From: Hypanus sabinus | Lineage: Eukaryota | Direction of reading: 5' to 3' | Length of the DNA: 64,000 bases | Assembly: GCF_030144855.1 (NCBI RefSeq) | Contig: NW_026778908.1 | Coordinates: 310,001 to 374,000, forward strand | Shown: piece after piece, positions 13,653-29,992 of the stretch | Layout: every line of letters begins with the position of its first letter | Numbering within the stretch: the first letter of the stretch is position 1 | Translations under genes and position numbers: made by a program | Notes under the pieces: generated by a model | What the model saw: only the letters and a program-made list of their open reading frames with translations | What the model was told of the DNA's origin: nothing | Databases searched by the model: none

Positions 13653-16600
13653 TGTGGTGAACTATGTGCCTGTCGGGACACGCCCCCTGCTGACTGCTCC
13701 TGTGGCTCCTCCCACAGACCCCTGTATAAAGGCGATCTGAGGCCTGACGTTCGGCCTCAGTCTCCAGGTCATAGTATGATGGACACTCACTCCTCCAGTC
13801 AATAAAAGCCGATATCTCGCCTTACGTCTCAGTGTGAGTTATTGATGGTGCATCAATTTTATTGACTGGAAGTTTTAAAACATGGAAACCGTTTTGCGTC
13901 CGGACCGGTTGGATTTGGACCCTCAAGACCCTGATGCAGCTCTCGCTTTTGAACACTGGCTTGCCTGCTTCCAATCGTACTTGGAGGAGGTTCGTGCAAC
14001 TGAACCCGCCGTTATGCACAGAATCCTACTCTCGAGGGTCACCCCCAAAGTTTACTCCATTATCCGGGACCTGCCGACCTACGATGGGGCACTGGACGCC
14101 CTCAAAAGACAGTACCTGCGGCCGGTGAACACCGTCTACGCACGACATCGTTTAGCTACCCGGCAACAGCAGCCTGGCGAATCGTGCGCTGCGTTTCTCT
14201 GAGCACCACAGACACTCGTCCGACCTTGCGACTGCAAGACGCTCACGGCAGAACAGCATGCGGAGCTGCTGGTGCGAGACGCCTTTGTGACGGGACTGAG
14301 GTCAGTGTCCGTGCGCCAGCGGCTGCTGGAAAAGCCGATCTTTTCGGCGATCGAGACGGTCGACACTTTGGAAGCTGCTCTGCACAATGCTGACGCTGTC
14401 CAGCCGCGCGATTCCCCGCCAGTTCCGTGGACGCCTCAGACCCCGCCCCCGCCGGCTCCCGGGAGCGAATTCGCCAACGCCGCTGCCAGTCGCGATTCCA
14501 GGAGCTCCCCGAACCCGACCATGGCTGCGGCCCGTCAGAAGCCCGTGCTTTGTTGTTTCTGCGGCCATAAAAAACACTCTCGACAACGCTGTCCAGGGCG
14601 AGAAGCGACCTGCTCCAGCTGCGGAAAGCGGGGCCACTTCGCCAAGGTCTGTAAGTCTCAACCTCGAGCGGAGTGCAGCGCTGCGGGTGAAACGTGGGGG
14701 CCGCCATCTTGCATGCCCGGATGTGGGCGGCCATCTTTGTCGGCGTCAGCACGCCCCGCCCCCGACCCTCCGATGCTTACCGGGTACCCCGGATGTGAGC
14801 GGCCATCTGTGTCGGCATCAGCACACCCCGCCCCCGACCCTCCGATGCTTACCTGGTACCCCGACGGCTCAACTCTGGCCACTGTAACCCTCGACCAAAG
14901 CGCCCCACACCCGCTCGCAAGGTCCATGATGGACATCCGGGTGGAGGGGCACAGGACTGGATGCCTGCTTGACACGGGCAGCACTGAGAGTTTTATTGAC
15001 CCGGACACAGTGCAACGCTGCGGACTCGCAACACAGCCGGTCAGTCGGAGGTTCCATTTGGCTTCTGGGTCGCAGTCCACAGACATCCGGGTGGGTTGTG
15101 TAGTGACATTGGTGGTGCAAGGCACAGAATATCGGAACTTTGCGCTACTGGTCATGCCTAATCTGTGCGCACCTGTGCTATTGGGGCTGGACTTCCAGAG
15201 CCACCTCGAAAGTGTGACTATGGTATACGACGGGCCCCTCCCACCACTCACTGTCAGGAATCCTCAGTTTGGTGGGACTTCTTCACATACCCCGCTACTG
15301 ACCACACACACACGGACACACACGTCCCATCCAGAACCAGGCCGACAGCTGCGCTACCGACACCACTTGCAGCCTCTCCACTCTCAAGGTCCCTCCCCCA
15401 CCGCTGTTCGCCAACCTGACCCCTGACTGTAAGCCTGTGGCAACTAAAAGCAGGAGGTACAGCGCGGGGGACAGGGCCTTCATTCAGTCGGAGGTGCAGC
15501 GGCTGCTCAGGGAGGGGATCATTGAGCCAAGCTCAAGCCCTTGGAGGGCCCGGGTGGTTGTTGTTCGGACCAGGCAGAAAAATAGGATGGTGGTGGACTA
15601 TAGTCAAACCATCAATAAGTTTACGCAGCTTGACGCATACCCCCTACCCCACATCGCGGATATGGTCAACCAGATTGCTCAGTACAAGGTGTACTTGACA
15701 ATAGATCTGAAATCCGCTTACCATCAGCTCCCCATCCGCCCAGAGGACTGCCCCTACACCGCCTTCGAGGCGGGCGGCAGGCTCTATCACTTCCTGCGGG
15801 TCCCTTTCGGTGTCACGAATGGTGCCTCTGTCTTCCAGAGGGAAATGGACCGGATGGTGGACCAGTACCAACTGCAGGCCACATTTCCCTATCTGGATAA
15901 CATCACCATCTGTGGTCACGACAGGCCAGATCACGACGCCAACCTCCAACGGTTTCTCCAAGTGGCCGCAGCTCTGAACCTTACTTATAACAGGGACAAG
16001 TGTGTTTTTGGTACCACTCGCCTTGCTATACTTGGGTATGTCGTGGAAAACGGGGTTATTGGCCCTGATCCCGAACGTATGCGCCCCCTGTTAGAGCTCC
16101 CTCTTCCCACCACTCTCAAGGCCCTCAGACGGTGCCTGGGTTTTTTTTCCTATTACGCTCAATGGGTCCCCCAATACGCAGACAAGGCACGCCCCCTGGT
16201 CAAGTCTACCTCGTTTCCCCTCTCTGCTGAGGCCCGCGCGGCCTTCAGCTGCATTAAAGCGGACATTGCCAAAGCTACGATGCATGCCGTGGACGAGACC
16301 GCTCCCTTCCAAGTGGATTGTGATGCCTCCGATTTTGCTCTGGCTGCTACCCTCAATCAGGAAGGCAGACCAGTAGCATTCTTTTCTCGCACCCTCCAAG
16401 GCTCCGAAATTCGGCACTCCGCGGTGGAGAAAGAAGCCCAGGCCATAGTGGAGGCTGTTAGGCACTGGAGGCACTATCTTGCTGGCAAAAGGTTCACCTT
16501 GCTGACCGACCAGTGCTCGGTTGCATTCATGTTCAGCAACCAACAGCGGGGCAAAATCAAGAATGATAAGATTTTGCGGTGGAGAATAGAACTCTCCACC

Positions 16601-18110
16601 TACACCTATGATATCCTGTACCGGCCTGGCAGACTCAATGAGCCCCCTGATGCCCTATCCCAGGGAACATGTGCTAGCACACAGCTCGACCAGCTGAACA
16701 CCCTTCATGCACAACTTTGCCATCCGGGGGTCACCCGATTTTACCATTTTGTGAAAGCTCGGAACCTGCCATACTCCCTGGAGGACATCAGGACGATGAC
16801 CAGGGACTGCCAAATTTGCGCTGAGTGCAAACCGCACTTCTACCGTCCTGACACGGCACAACTTGTCAAGGCCACCCGCCCTTTTGAACGACTGAGTGTT
16901 GACTTTAAGGGCCCCCTTCCCTCCACTGACTGCAATGTCTATTTTCTCAGTGTTATCGACGAGTACTCACGGTTCCCCTTTGCCATCCCCTGCCCCGACA
17001 CCACTACCACGTCCGTCATAAAAGCCCTGCGCCAGCTCTTCACTCTGTTCGGGTATCCCTGCTATATCCACAGCGATAGAGGGTCCTCCTTTATGAGTGA
17101 GGAGCTGCGCCAGTACTTGCTAGCTAGGGGCATTGCTACCAGTCGGACCACGAGTTATAATCCCCGGGGTAATGGCCAGGTGGAACGGGAGAATGCCACA
17201 GTGTGGAAGGCCACACTTTTAGCCCTTAAGTCAAAAGGGTTGCCGGTCTCTCGATGGCAGGAGGTCCTCCCTGAGGCACTGCACTCTATCCGCTCTCTGT
17301 TATGTATGTCCACCAATGCCACCCCTCACGAACGCCTATTCTCTTTTCCCAGGAAGTCTGTCACTGGGACCACCCTACCAGTTTGGCTGACGTCCCCGGG
17401 GCCAGTGCTGCTCCGGAAACATGTGAGGAGCAATAAATACTCCCCGCTGGTAGAGAGGGTTTGCCTTCTACATGCGAACCCCCAGTATGCTTACGTGGTC
17501 TTACCCGATGGGCGGGAGGACACGGTCTCCATCCGCGACCTGGCACCCATGGGTACAGCAAACCACTACCCTGAAGGCTCTCCGGTAACTATGAACCCTG
17601 CACCAGAGGTGACACCGTACTCACCAGGCCCTACACAGACTCCTCACGACACTTGTATACCGGGCGTTTCGAACGCATTTATACCAGGCGCCTCGCACAT
17701 GCGTGAGGGATCACCGGCGCCTAGTGGGCAGGAACAAGCGCAACCTCCGTCCCCTGTGCAATCACCAATGTCGTCGGCATCCATGCGATCACAGCCGGTG
17801 CTACGTAGATCGCAGCGACAGATTCGACCACCTGATAGACTTGACTTGTAAGAAACTTCGCCACATGGGGACTCTTTCAAACAAAGGGGGGGTGAATGTG
17901 GTGAACTATGTGCCTGTCTGGACACGCCCCCTGCTGACTGCTCCTGTGGCTCCTCCCACAGGCCCCTGTATAAAGGAGATCTGAGGCCTGACGCTCGGCC
18001 TCAGTCTCCAGGACATTGTATGATAGACACTCACTCCTGGTTCCTTCTTCCAGTCAATAAAAGCCGATATCTCGCCTTACGTCTCAGTGTGAGTTATTGA
18101 TGGTGCATCA
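13653..18110 (+). mobile_element. Full-length Gypsy (Mag-type) LTR retrotransposon
   Basis: LTRs at 13653-13855 and 17897-18110 (TG...CA), 5-bp TSD GCCTG, PPT aaacaaaggggggg before the 3' LTR. Gag has two CCHC knuckles, followed by protease LLDTGS, RT YLDN, RNase H DASD and integrase HHCC/DDE. Confidence 0.97.
13882..17851 (+). pseudogene. gag-pol of the Gypsy element, with one premature stop (14200-14202) and one frameshift (about 15300-15330)
   Basis: ORFs 13882-14202 and 14272-15426 share a frame. ORF 15437-17851 is shifted, but its frame is open upstream (LKVPPPPLFANLTPDCKPVATKSRRY). A 72-bp internal duplication sits at about 14719-14862. Confidence 0.9.
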
Positions 18111-18240
18111 GCCTGTTCTCTCACTCTCTCTCTCCCCCTCTCTCCATCCCTCTCCCTCTCTCCCTCTCTGTCCTTCTCTCTCCCTCCCTCTCTCTCTTCC
18201 TCTCTCTCCCTCCCTCTCTCCCACCCTCTCTCTCTCCCTA
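18111..18240. repeat. (CT)-rich microsatellite
   Basis: Pyrimidine-only tract directly after the 3' LTR. Confidence 0.9.
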
Positions 18241-18407
18241 GAGTGAAGGAGGACAATGAGTGATCTGATAGGAATAGAATGCTAGCAGAGGCACAGAGAT
18301 GGTTGATCACTAGAATGTAATTTTGAGACAGCAGGAGTGTGGAGGGCTGGAGAGCCCATTGCTGTCCTGGATAAAGCCGGGAACTGAGAACCACAACCAA
18401 GTCCACC

Positions 18408-18690
18408 AATGATCAGAGTCTGTACAGCATCCCACCGCCATTAAACACGACGTAGAACCCCAAACATTGCATCAATGATCAGACTCTGTACAGCATCCCA
18501 CCACCATTAAACAGGACGTAGAACCCCAAACATTGCATCAATGATCAGACTCTGTACAGCATCCCACCACCATTAAACAGGACGTAGAACCCCAAACATT
18601 GCATCAATGATCGGACTCTGTACAGCATCCCACCACCATTAAACACGACGTAGAACCCCAAACATTGCATCAATGATCAGATTCTGTACA
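18408..18690. repeat. 66-bp minisatellite, about 4.3 copies
   Basis: Units start at 18408, 18474, 18540, 18606 and 18672 (aatgatcagactctgtacagcatccc...). Confidence 0.93.
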
Positions 18691-18745
18691 ACGTCTCACA
18701 TCACCAGTTCTTGCCAGAGTTAGCTACAAGCATGGAATTACATAC

Positions 18746-18890
18746 CCAGGATCAGTCCACTGCTCGTCTCCAGAGTTAATCAGACAGACACTTCAGGGGT
18801 CACTGCCCTCTCCTGCCGAAGCTGCACTGTGTGGATAGAATTGTTGAAGAGAACACTTTTAATCAGGAAAGGGAAACAAAATGAGGAAGT
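18746..18890 (-). promoter_or_regulatory. Putative non-coding first exon and promoter of the Siglec gene
   Basis: Strong minus-strand donor CTGG|GTATGT at 18746/18745 and a PU.1/ETS-type motif AAAATGAGGAAGT at 18878-18890. The TSS position is inferred. Confidence 0.4.
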
Positions 18891-20499
18891 ATTTACAAAT
18901 GATTAACCCATTCAATCCAGCAGTGACATTATTTTTGCTTAGCCTAGGGACTGCTGCACTGTGGGATAGGACTCTCAGACAGAGCCCTCCCTCTCTCTGT
19001 AACCCCACTCTGGACCACACACCCCTCCCTCTCTCTGTAACCCCACTCTGGACCACACACCCCTCCCTGTCTCTGCAACCCGACCCCCTCTGGACCGGTT
19101 GTCTCATCCAAATTTCAGTCTCTTGATCAATAAATAGGGATGATGAGGGGAATCCAGCTGATAGTTTTGAAAAGGCAAGTGATGTGAGACCACGGCAGGA
19201 TTGAAGGTGCAGCCCAGATAGGTTAATTGGCCATTTTAAACCGTTCCCACTGAACAGCTATTCAGTACAGTCTGAGAGGAACTGACGGGAATTTACAAAT
19301 AGATTGTGGGTGTTGGGATCACCCCATAAACTGTCAGATTTATACTCGATGGGCCAATATCTCCAATATCCTAAGGAGATATGGAATTGTAAACAGACTG
19401 GACTGATTGCACAGTTTGTTCTCTTTTCACACTAGTTGATTGTCCGTCCTTTTGGGTGTGGTCTTTCATGGATTCTATTGTGCTTCTTGGATTGACTGTG
19501 TATGCCCGCAAGAAATTCATTCTCAGGGTTGTGTATGGTGACACATATATACTTTGATAATAAAATTATTTCAGCTTTGCACTTTTGAAGTGCATTCCCT
19601 TTATGGATATACAGGTATAGTAATGACTGGAAATTTTGACAGTTTCCAAGCTGACAGATGAAGTGAACTTGGAGAAGGGATGGATCGAGAGGGGTATCAT
19701 GGGAGAATTCAAGGAGATAAATATAGGACGGGGAGGTAGCAGAGAAGGGACAGGCGTAGGTTTTCACTGAGAAAAGAGAAGTGCTAAATGCAAGGAGGAA
19801 GAAAGAAAAGAGGATGCAATTCTGCAAGCCGTACCAGAAAGGAGAAAGACTCGGGGAAAATGTGTTTAGTTCATCACAGGGGGCAAGTCAGGGCAAATAA
19901 GTGGTTAGAGATATGTTTTGAATAGAGGCAGAATCATGAGATCAGTCGAACCAGAGGGTGGTTAATCTGAGCAATTCATTGCCCCAGCGGATATCGGGTC
20001 CAGATCATAGAATGTATTTAAAGCAGAGGTTGATAGTTTCTTGATTAGTCAGGGCATCAATGATTATGGGAAGAAGGCAGGAGAATGGGGTTGAAAGAGA
20101 TAATAAATCAGACATGATTAAATGGCGGAGCAGACTCGGTAGGCCAAATAGTCTATTTCTGCTTCTATCTCTTCTGGACTTATGGTTGCAATGAAACATT
20201 ATGAAAAGCCTAGTACAGGTGTTCCAAACCTTTTTTATGCCATGGACCCCTACCATTAAGCAAGACCCCAGGTTGGGAACCCCTGGTCTAGTGTTTAGTC
20301 TGGTCGTCACATTTTGGGGAAAGGTCGGTGTATGTGGTAGAGATAAACTGAAACTATTCCAGATTGAGGGAGTTCTGTTCTGCGGGTTGATTAGAGAATG
20401 ATTCTGAGAGTCTCTAGTGATGAGAGTGGAGGATTGGAAAAATGCAAAGAACTAGACACAAGACTCAACTGTCTTCAGTGGATAACTGCACACCCTCCA

Positions 20500-21650
20500 G
20501 CACACTCATACATCAAACCACTGGTTACACGTCCACAGGGACAAGCAATAATTTTAACCTTCATAGTTTTGGGTTGAGTTTCAGCATGAACTTCCTTTTC
20601 TATTTGAATCATAGAAAGCATGTTGACCGGATGCATCACGGCTTGGTACAGTAACTGCTCTGCCTGTGACTGCAAGAAACTTCACATCACAGAAACAAGC
20701 CTCCCCTCCATGGCCTCTGCCTACACTTCCTGCTGCCTGAGTAAAGCAGCCAGCATTGTCAAAAACCCCACACACCCCACACACCCGGACACTCTCACCG
20801 CTCCCCGCCCCATCAAGTCTAGTGTATTTTCATTTAATTATATACATATATACCGTCAAACGATAAAACGTTTCTCTGGACCAAGGTGTAAAGCACAGTA
20901 GGACACATAACATACATGCACAATAACTTAAAGGATAAAACCTACAGATGAATTAAGCGTAAATAAACAAAGTAAATTTCATAAATTAAATATTATAAGG
21001 CATAGACAGATTTGCCGGTGGCACATTGAATGCGATACGACAGGGAGTTCAGAAGCCTCTCTGTACTCCGACTCATCATTGCTGTTGATGATGCCAACCA
21101 ATGTTGTGTCATCTGCAAACTAGTTGACACGGTTTGAGTCACGGGTCAGGAGTGTGAATTCCAGTGGTCTGGGCACACAGCCCTGGAGAGTACCCGTACT
21201 CAGAGTAATGGGACTGGAGACATTACTGCCAACACGGACTGACTGTGGCCTTTCTGTTAAGAAGTCTAGGATCCAGTTACAGAGGAAGGGATTAAGACCC
21301 AGTGAAAATAGTTTCCCCACTATTTCCTGAGGTACGATGGTGTTAAATGCCAAACTGAAGTTTATAACAGCAGCCTGACATATGCGACCCCATCTTCCAA
21401 TTGGGGCAGCACAGAGTGGAGGGCAGAGGTCACTGATCATCAGAGGATCAATTCAAGTGACAGGCAAACTGGAAAGGGTCCAATGTGGCCGGAAACAAGG
21501 CTTGAATATGTTCCATGACCAGCCACTCCAAGCATTTCATAATGGTTGATGTTAATGGTACTAGACAATAGTCCCCCTCTATAGTTAGGGGGTCGAACAG
21601 GCGATTTTCGGGACACAGGAAACAAAGGTGGATAGTAGTTTGCCTACCAG
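20500..21650. mobile_element. Rex1/Babar LINE fragments (approx.)
   Basis: Minus-strand [45 protein letters not shown]; plus-strand ITAWYSNCS. Confidence 0.8.
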
Positions 21651-22310
21651 GTGCCAAGGTCTGGGATGTTTCTGATCGCACCCACAATATCTTGAAGTCA
21701 GAAGGAGAACAGCCAGAGGTTGTGGTATATATTGGTATGAACGACATAGGTAGGAAAAGAGAGGAGGTCCTGAAAACAGACTATAGGGATTTAGGAAGGA
21801 ATTTGAAAAGCAGGACCTCAAAGGTAGTAATCTCAGAATTACTGCCTGTGCCATGCGACAGTGAGTAAAGGAATGGAATGAGGTGGAGGATAAATGCATG
21901 TTTGTGGGATTGGAGCAGGAGGCAGGGATTCAGATTTCTGGATTATTGTGGCCTCTTCTGGGACAGGTGTGACATTTATAAAAGGGATGGGTTGCACTTG
22001 AATCTGAGGGTGACCAATATCCTGGTGGGGAGGTTTGCAAAGGCTTTTGAAGAGAGTTTAAACTAGAATTACTGTGGTTTGGGAAATGAACTGAAGTGAT
22101 GGAGGAAAGGGAGGTTGGCTCACAAGTAGAGAAAGCTTGGCAACTGTGCGAAAGTGAGGATAGAGAAGGAACACACTCAGACCGAAGGTTTGAGATGTTT
22201 CTACTTTAAGGCAAAGAGCATTATGACTAAAGCGCATGAGCTTAGAGTGTGGATCAGCACTTGGAGCTATGATGTTGTGGTCATTAGTCAAGTCAAGCCA
22301 AGTCATTTTT
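21650..22310 (+). mobile_element. CR1 ORF1 (SGNH/esterase-like) remnant (approx.)
   Basis: Translates to PEVVVYIGMNDIGRKREEVLKTDY and RDGLHLN. Confidence 0.65.
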
Positions 22311-22799
22311 ATTTGTCATTCCTACCATAACTGCTGGTACAGTACATAGTAAAAATAGAACATAGAACAGTACAGCACAGTACAGGCCCTTCGGCCCAGA
22401 ATGTTGTGCCAACCCTCAAACCCTGCCTCCAATTTAACCCCCTACCTTAAATTCCTCCATATACCTGTCTAGTAGTCTCTTAAACTTCACTAGTGTATCT
22501 GCCTCCACCACTGACACAGGCCATGCATTCCACACACCAACCACTCTCTGAGTGAAAAACTTTCCTCTAATATCACCCTTGAACTTCCCTCCCCTTACCT
22601 TAAAGCCATGTCCTCTTGTACTGAGCAGTGGTGCCCTGGGAAAGAGGTGCTGGCTGTCCACTCTGTCTATTCCTCTTAATATCTAGTACACCTCTATCAT
22701 GTCTCCTCTCATCCTCCTTCTCTCCAAAGAGTAAAGCCCTAGCTCCTTTAATCTCTGATCATAATCCATACTCTCTAAACCAGGCAGCATCCTGGTAAA

Positions 22800-26990
<4,191 letters not shown>

Positions 26991-27289
26991 GTTTTCTCTG
27001 TTTCTGTGTTTCTCCTAGTCATTTAGACAGGTTACAGTCACTTTCTTTAGAAATGGAATGAACGGTGTTGTCTTGAAAGCTGGGGGACCAATGAGCATTT
27101 GCATTTGACAGATGTTGAATATATTATTAGCACCTCAGTTATCTGAGCTGTGCAGTCTTGGAACCCAACCTGGTCTATTATCGGGCCCTGCAGCTTTGCA
27201 TGGGTTGACTTGGTCAGGGTCTTACCCACCTCAACTTCAACCATACGGAGCATCGGATTTACTGGGGGGAAGGTTGCCTGTGTAACCAA

Positions 27290-28250
27290 GTCTACTGATT
27301 CACCACCCTCTGGCTAAAGACATTTCTTCATATCTCTGTTTTAATTGGGCCTTCCTCTATTCTGAGGCTGTGCCCTCTTGTCCTGTAGGCCCCACCATGG
27401 GAAACATCCTTTCCACATCTAATCCGTCTAGGACTTTCAACGTTCTAAAGATTTCAATGAGATCCCCCCTCATACATCTGAATTTCAATGAGTACAGACC
27501 TTGAGCTGTTGAATGTTCCTCGTATGATAACCCTTTCAATCCCAGAATCATACTCCAATGCCAGCACATCTTTTCTTAGATGAGGAGCCCAAACTGTTCA
27601 CAATACTCAAGGTGAGGCCTCACCAGTGCCCGATAAAGCCTCAGCATCACATCCCTGGTCTTATGTTCTAGGCCTGTTGAAATGAATGTAAACATTGCAT
27701 TTGCCTTCCTCACCACTGACTCTACCGGCAAGTTAACCTTTAGGTGCTTTGCACAAGGACTCCCAAGTCTCTTTACATCCCAGATACTTGGATTTTCTCC
27801 AAGTTTAGAAAACAGTCTCTACATATATTTCAATGACCAAAGAACATGACCATGCATTTTTAACATTGTATTTCCTTTGCCATGCTCTTGCCCATTCTCC
27901 GAATCTGTAGCCTTCTGTATAAGTCCTTCGAATTAGTCCTTCTGTAGCCTCTCTACTTTCTCAAAATTACCTGCTCCTTCACCCATCTTCACACCGTCAG
28001 CAAACTTTGTAACAGAGCCATCAATTTCATCATCCGAATCATTGACATATAACGTAAAAAGAATCGCTCTCAACACTGACCCCTTTGGAACACCACTGGA
28101 ACCAACAGCCAACAAGAAAAGGCTCCCAAGTCAATCACTGCTTTATCCATGCTACAATCATCCCTCTAAAACCATGGGCTCACAGCTTGTTAAGCAGGCT
28201 CATGTGTGGTACTTTGTTAAAGGCTTTCTGAAAATCCAAGTTCACAAGAT
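27290..28250 (-). mobile_element. CR1 LINE RT/3' fragment (approx.)
   Basis: GVPKGSVL..FTLYVNDSD..TKFADG; GLYSLKFRCMRGDLIE. Confidence 0.8.
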
Positions 28251-28825
28251 TCCATCATTTTCTGCCTCCTTTTGTGATTGGAAAATGTTGTCATTGTAGC
28301 CAAGCTGCCATAATGTAATTCTCCATGGATTAATTTGGCTCTCTGAGGTGGGTGGCTCTTGAACATGAAACACCAAGGAAAATCTAAGCAACACCCACAA
28401 ACTGCTGCAGAAACTCAGCAGATCAGACAGCATCTGTGGAAATGAATAAACGTTTCAGGCAAGACCCTTTATCAGGACTGAAAAGGAAGGGGTCAGAAGC
28501 TGGGGGAGGGGTTTACAATCTATCAGGTAATAGACAAGTCCAAGTGATGGGGTAGATAGGTGAGTGGGGAAGGGTTGATGAAGTAAGAAGCTGGGACATG
28601 ATAGGTGGAAGAGGTGAAAGGTAGAAGAGGAATCCAATAGGAGAAGAAAGTGGGCCACGGAAGAAAGGAAAGGCAGTGGGGAACCAGTGTGGTGATGGAC
28701 AGGTCATGTGCGTGGGGGAGGGAATGAGAAGGGCTTCCAGAATGTGTAATGAGGAATAAAACTAAAAAGAGGAGGTGGTTGGGTGGGGGAACGGGACAGA
28801 GGGGAATGGTTACCAGAAGTTAGAG

Positions 28826-29110
28826 AAGGGCAACACGGTATCATAGTGTCAGCATAGCATATTGCAGCATCAGCAACTGGGGTTCAGTCCATGCTACTGT
28901 CTGTAAGGAGACTGTATGTCCACTCTGTGACCTCATGGGTTTCCTCCCCCAAAAATGTACGGGTGACAGAGAGAAAGTTGTGGGCATGCGATGCTGGAGA
29001 CTGTTGAGGCCTGCCCCAGCACAATCCTTTGACTGTGTTGGTCATTGACACAAAAGATACATTTCATGGAATATTTTGATGCCTCGATGTACATGTGACA
29101 AATAACCTTC
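28826..29110 (+). mobile_element. tRNA-derived V-SINE-like remnant (approx.); similar minus-strand copies near 38700-38840 and 40270-40435
   Basis: tRNA-like head (ggggttcagtcc) followed by the V-domain-like gtgacctcatgggtttcctcc. Confidence 0.55.
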
Positions 29111-29516
29111 ATCTTTAGAAATTTATGCTCATGCCATCGGTTTAGAATATGAGGTGTTTTCCTCCAAACTGCATTTGTCATCGAGTCATGGACAGACATG
29201 TTGGTATGGAATGGGAAATATGAAAAGGAGGATACAAAGAAGGCAATCACTCCCCCATCACTATCCACCACCTCGGGATGCCCCAAAACCTGACAGCCAA
29301 TGACGAATGCTCGATGTGTGGGCACTAGGAGCCATGGAAGCCAATGTGCTCACACCTCAGTCACCACATGAACGGCAGCAGTTCAACGTAGTGGGTCACC
29401 TCTACCTTCCTGTTAGGTCAGAACCCACATACTGAATAAGAAGAGAGCAGAATGGCGTTTGTGGAACAAACTGATTTCAGAAACCTCCATTTCCCTGTGC
29501 TCTGATTGGTCAGAAA

Positions 29517-29990
29517 TACACTCAGGGGTACCTCCTGTATCAAATAAAGTGACCACTGAGTGTATGTTCATCGTCTCCAGCTGCTGTAGCCCATACACAC
29601 AAGGTTTTACATTTCATGCAAGCCACAACTATAATTTGTTGCTTCCTGTCAGCTTGAATCAGTCTGACCATTCTCTTCTGAATTCTCTCATTAAGAAAGC
29701 ATTTTACCCACAGAACTGCCACTCAGTGGATTTTTTTGTTTTGATTTTCACAACTTCTCTGTAAACTCTAAAGACTGTTGTATCTGAATATCCAAAGAGA
29801 TCAGCAGATTTGCCACCCCATCTGGCACCATCAAGTATTCAAAGTCATTTAGATCACATTTGAACAACAACTGAATCTCTTGACCACATCAGCATTTCTA
29901 ATGCATTAAGTTCCTGAACATGATTGGTTGATTAGATATCTTCATTAATGAGCAGTGTACAGGTGTACTTAATAAAGTTGCCTCTGAGAG
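29517..29990. mobile_element. Tc1/mariner-like DNA transposon remnant (approx.)
   Basis: Ends resemble the Tc1 TIR (tacactcag...; gtgtacaggtgtacttaataaagt) with a degenerate transposase-like interior. Family recalled, not searched. Confidence 0.5.
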
Positions 29991-29992
29991 AT

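Noticed and set aside
18881-19126. Plus-strand ORF with a signal-peptide-like stretch (TLFLLSLGTAALW)
   Set aside because: Runs into a 38-bp tandem repeat, has no supporting exons, and overlaps the inferred Siglec promoter on the other strand.
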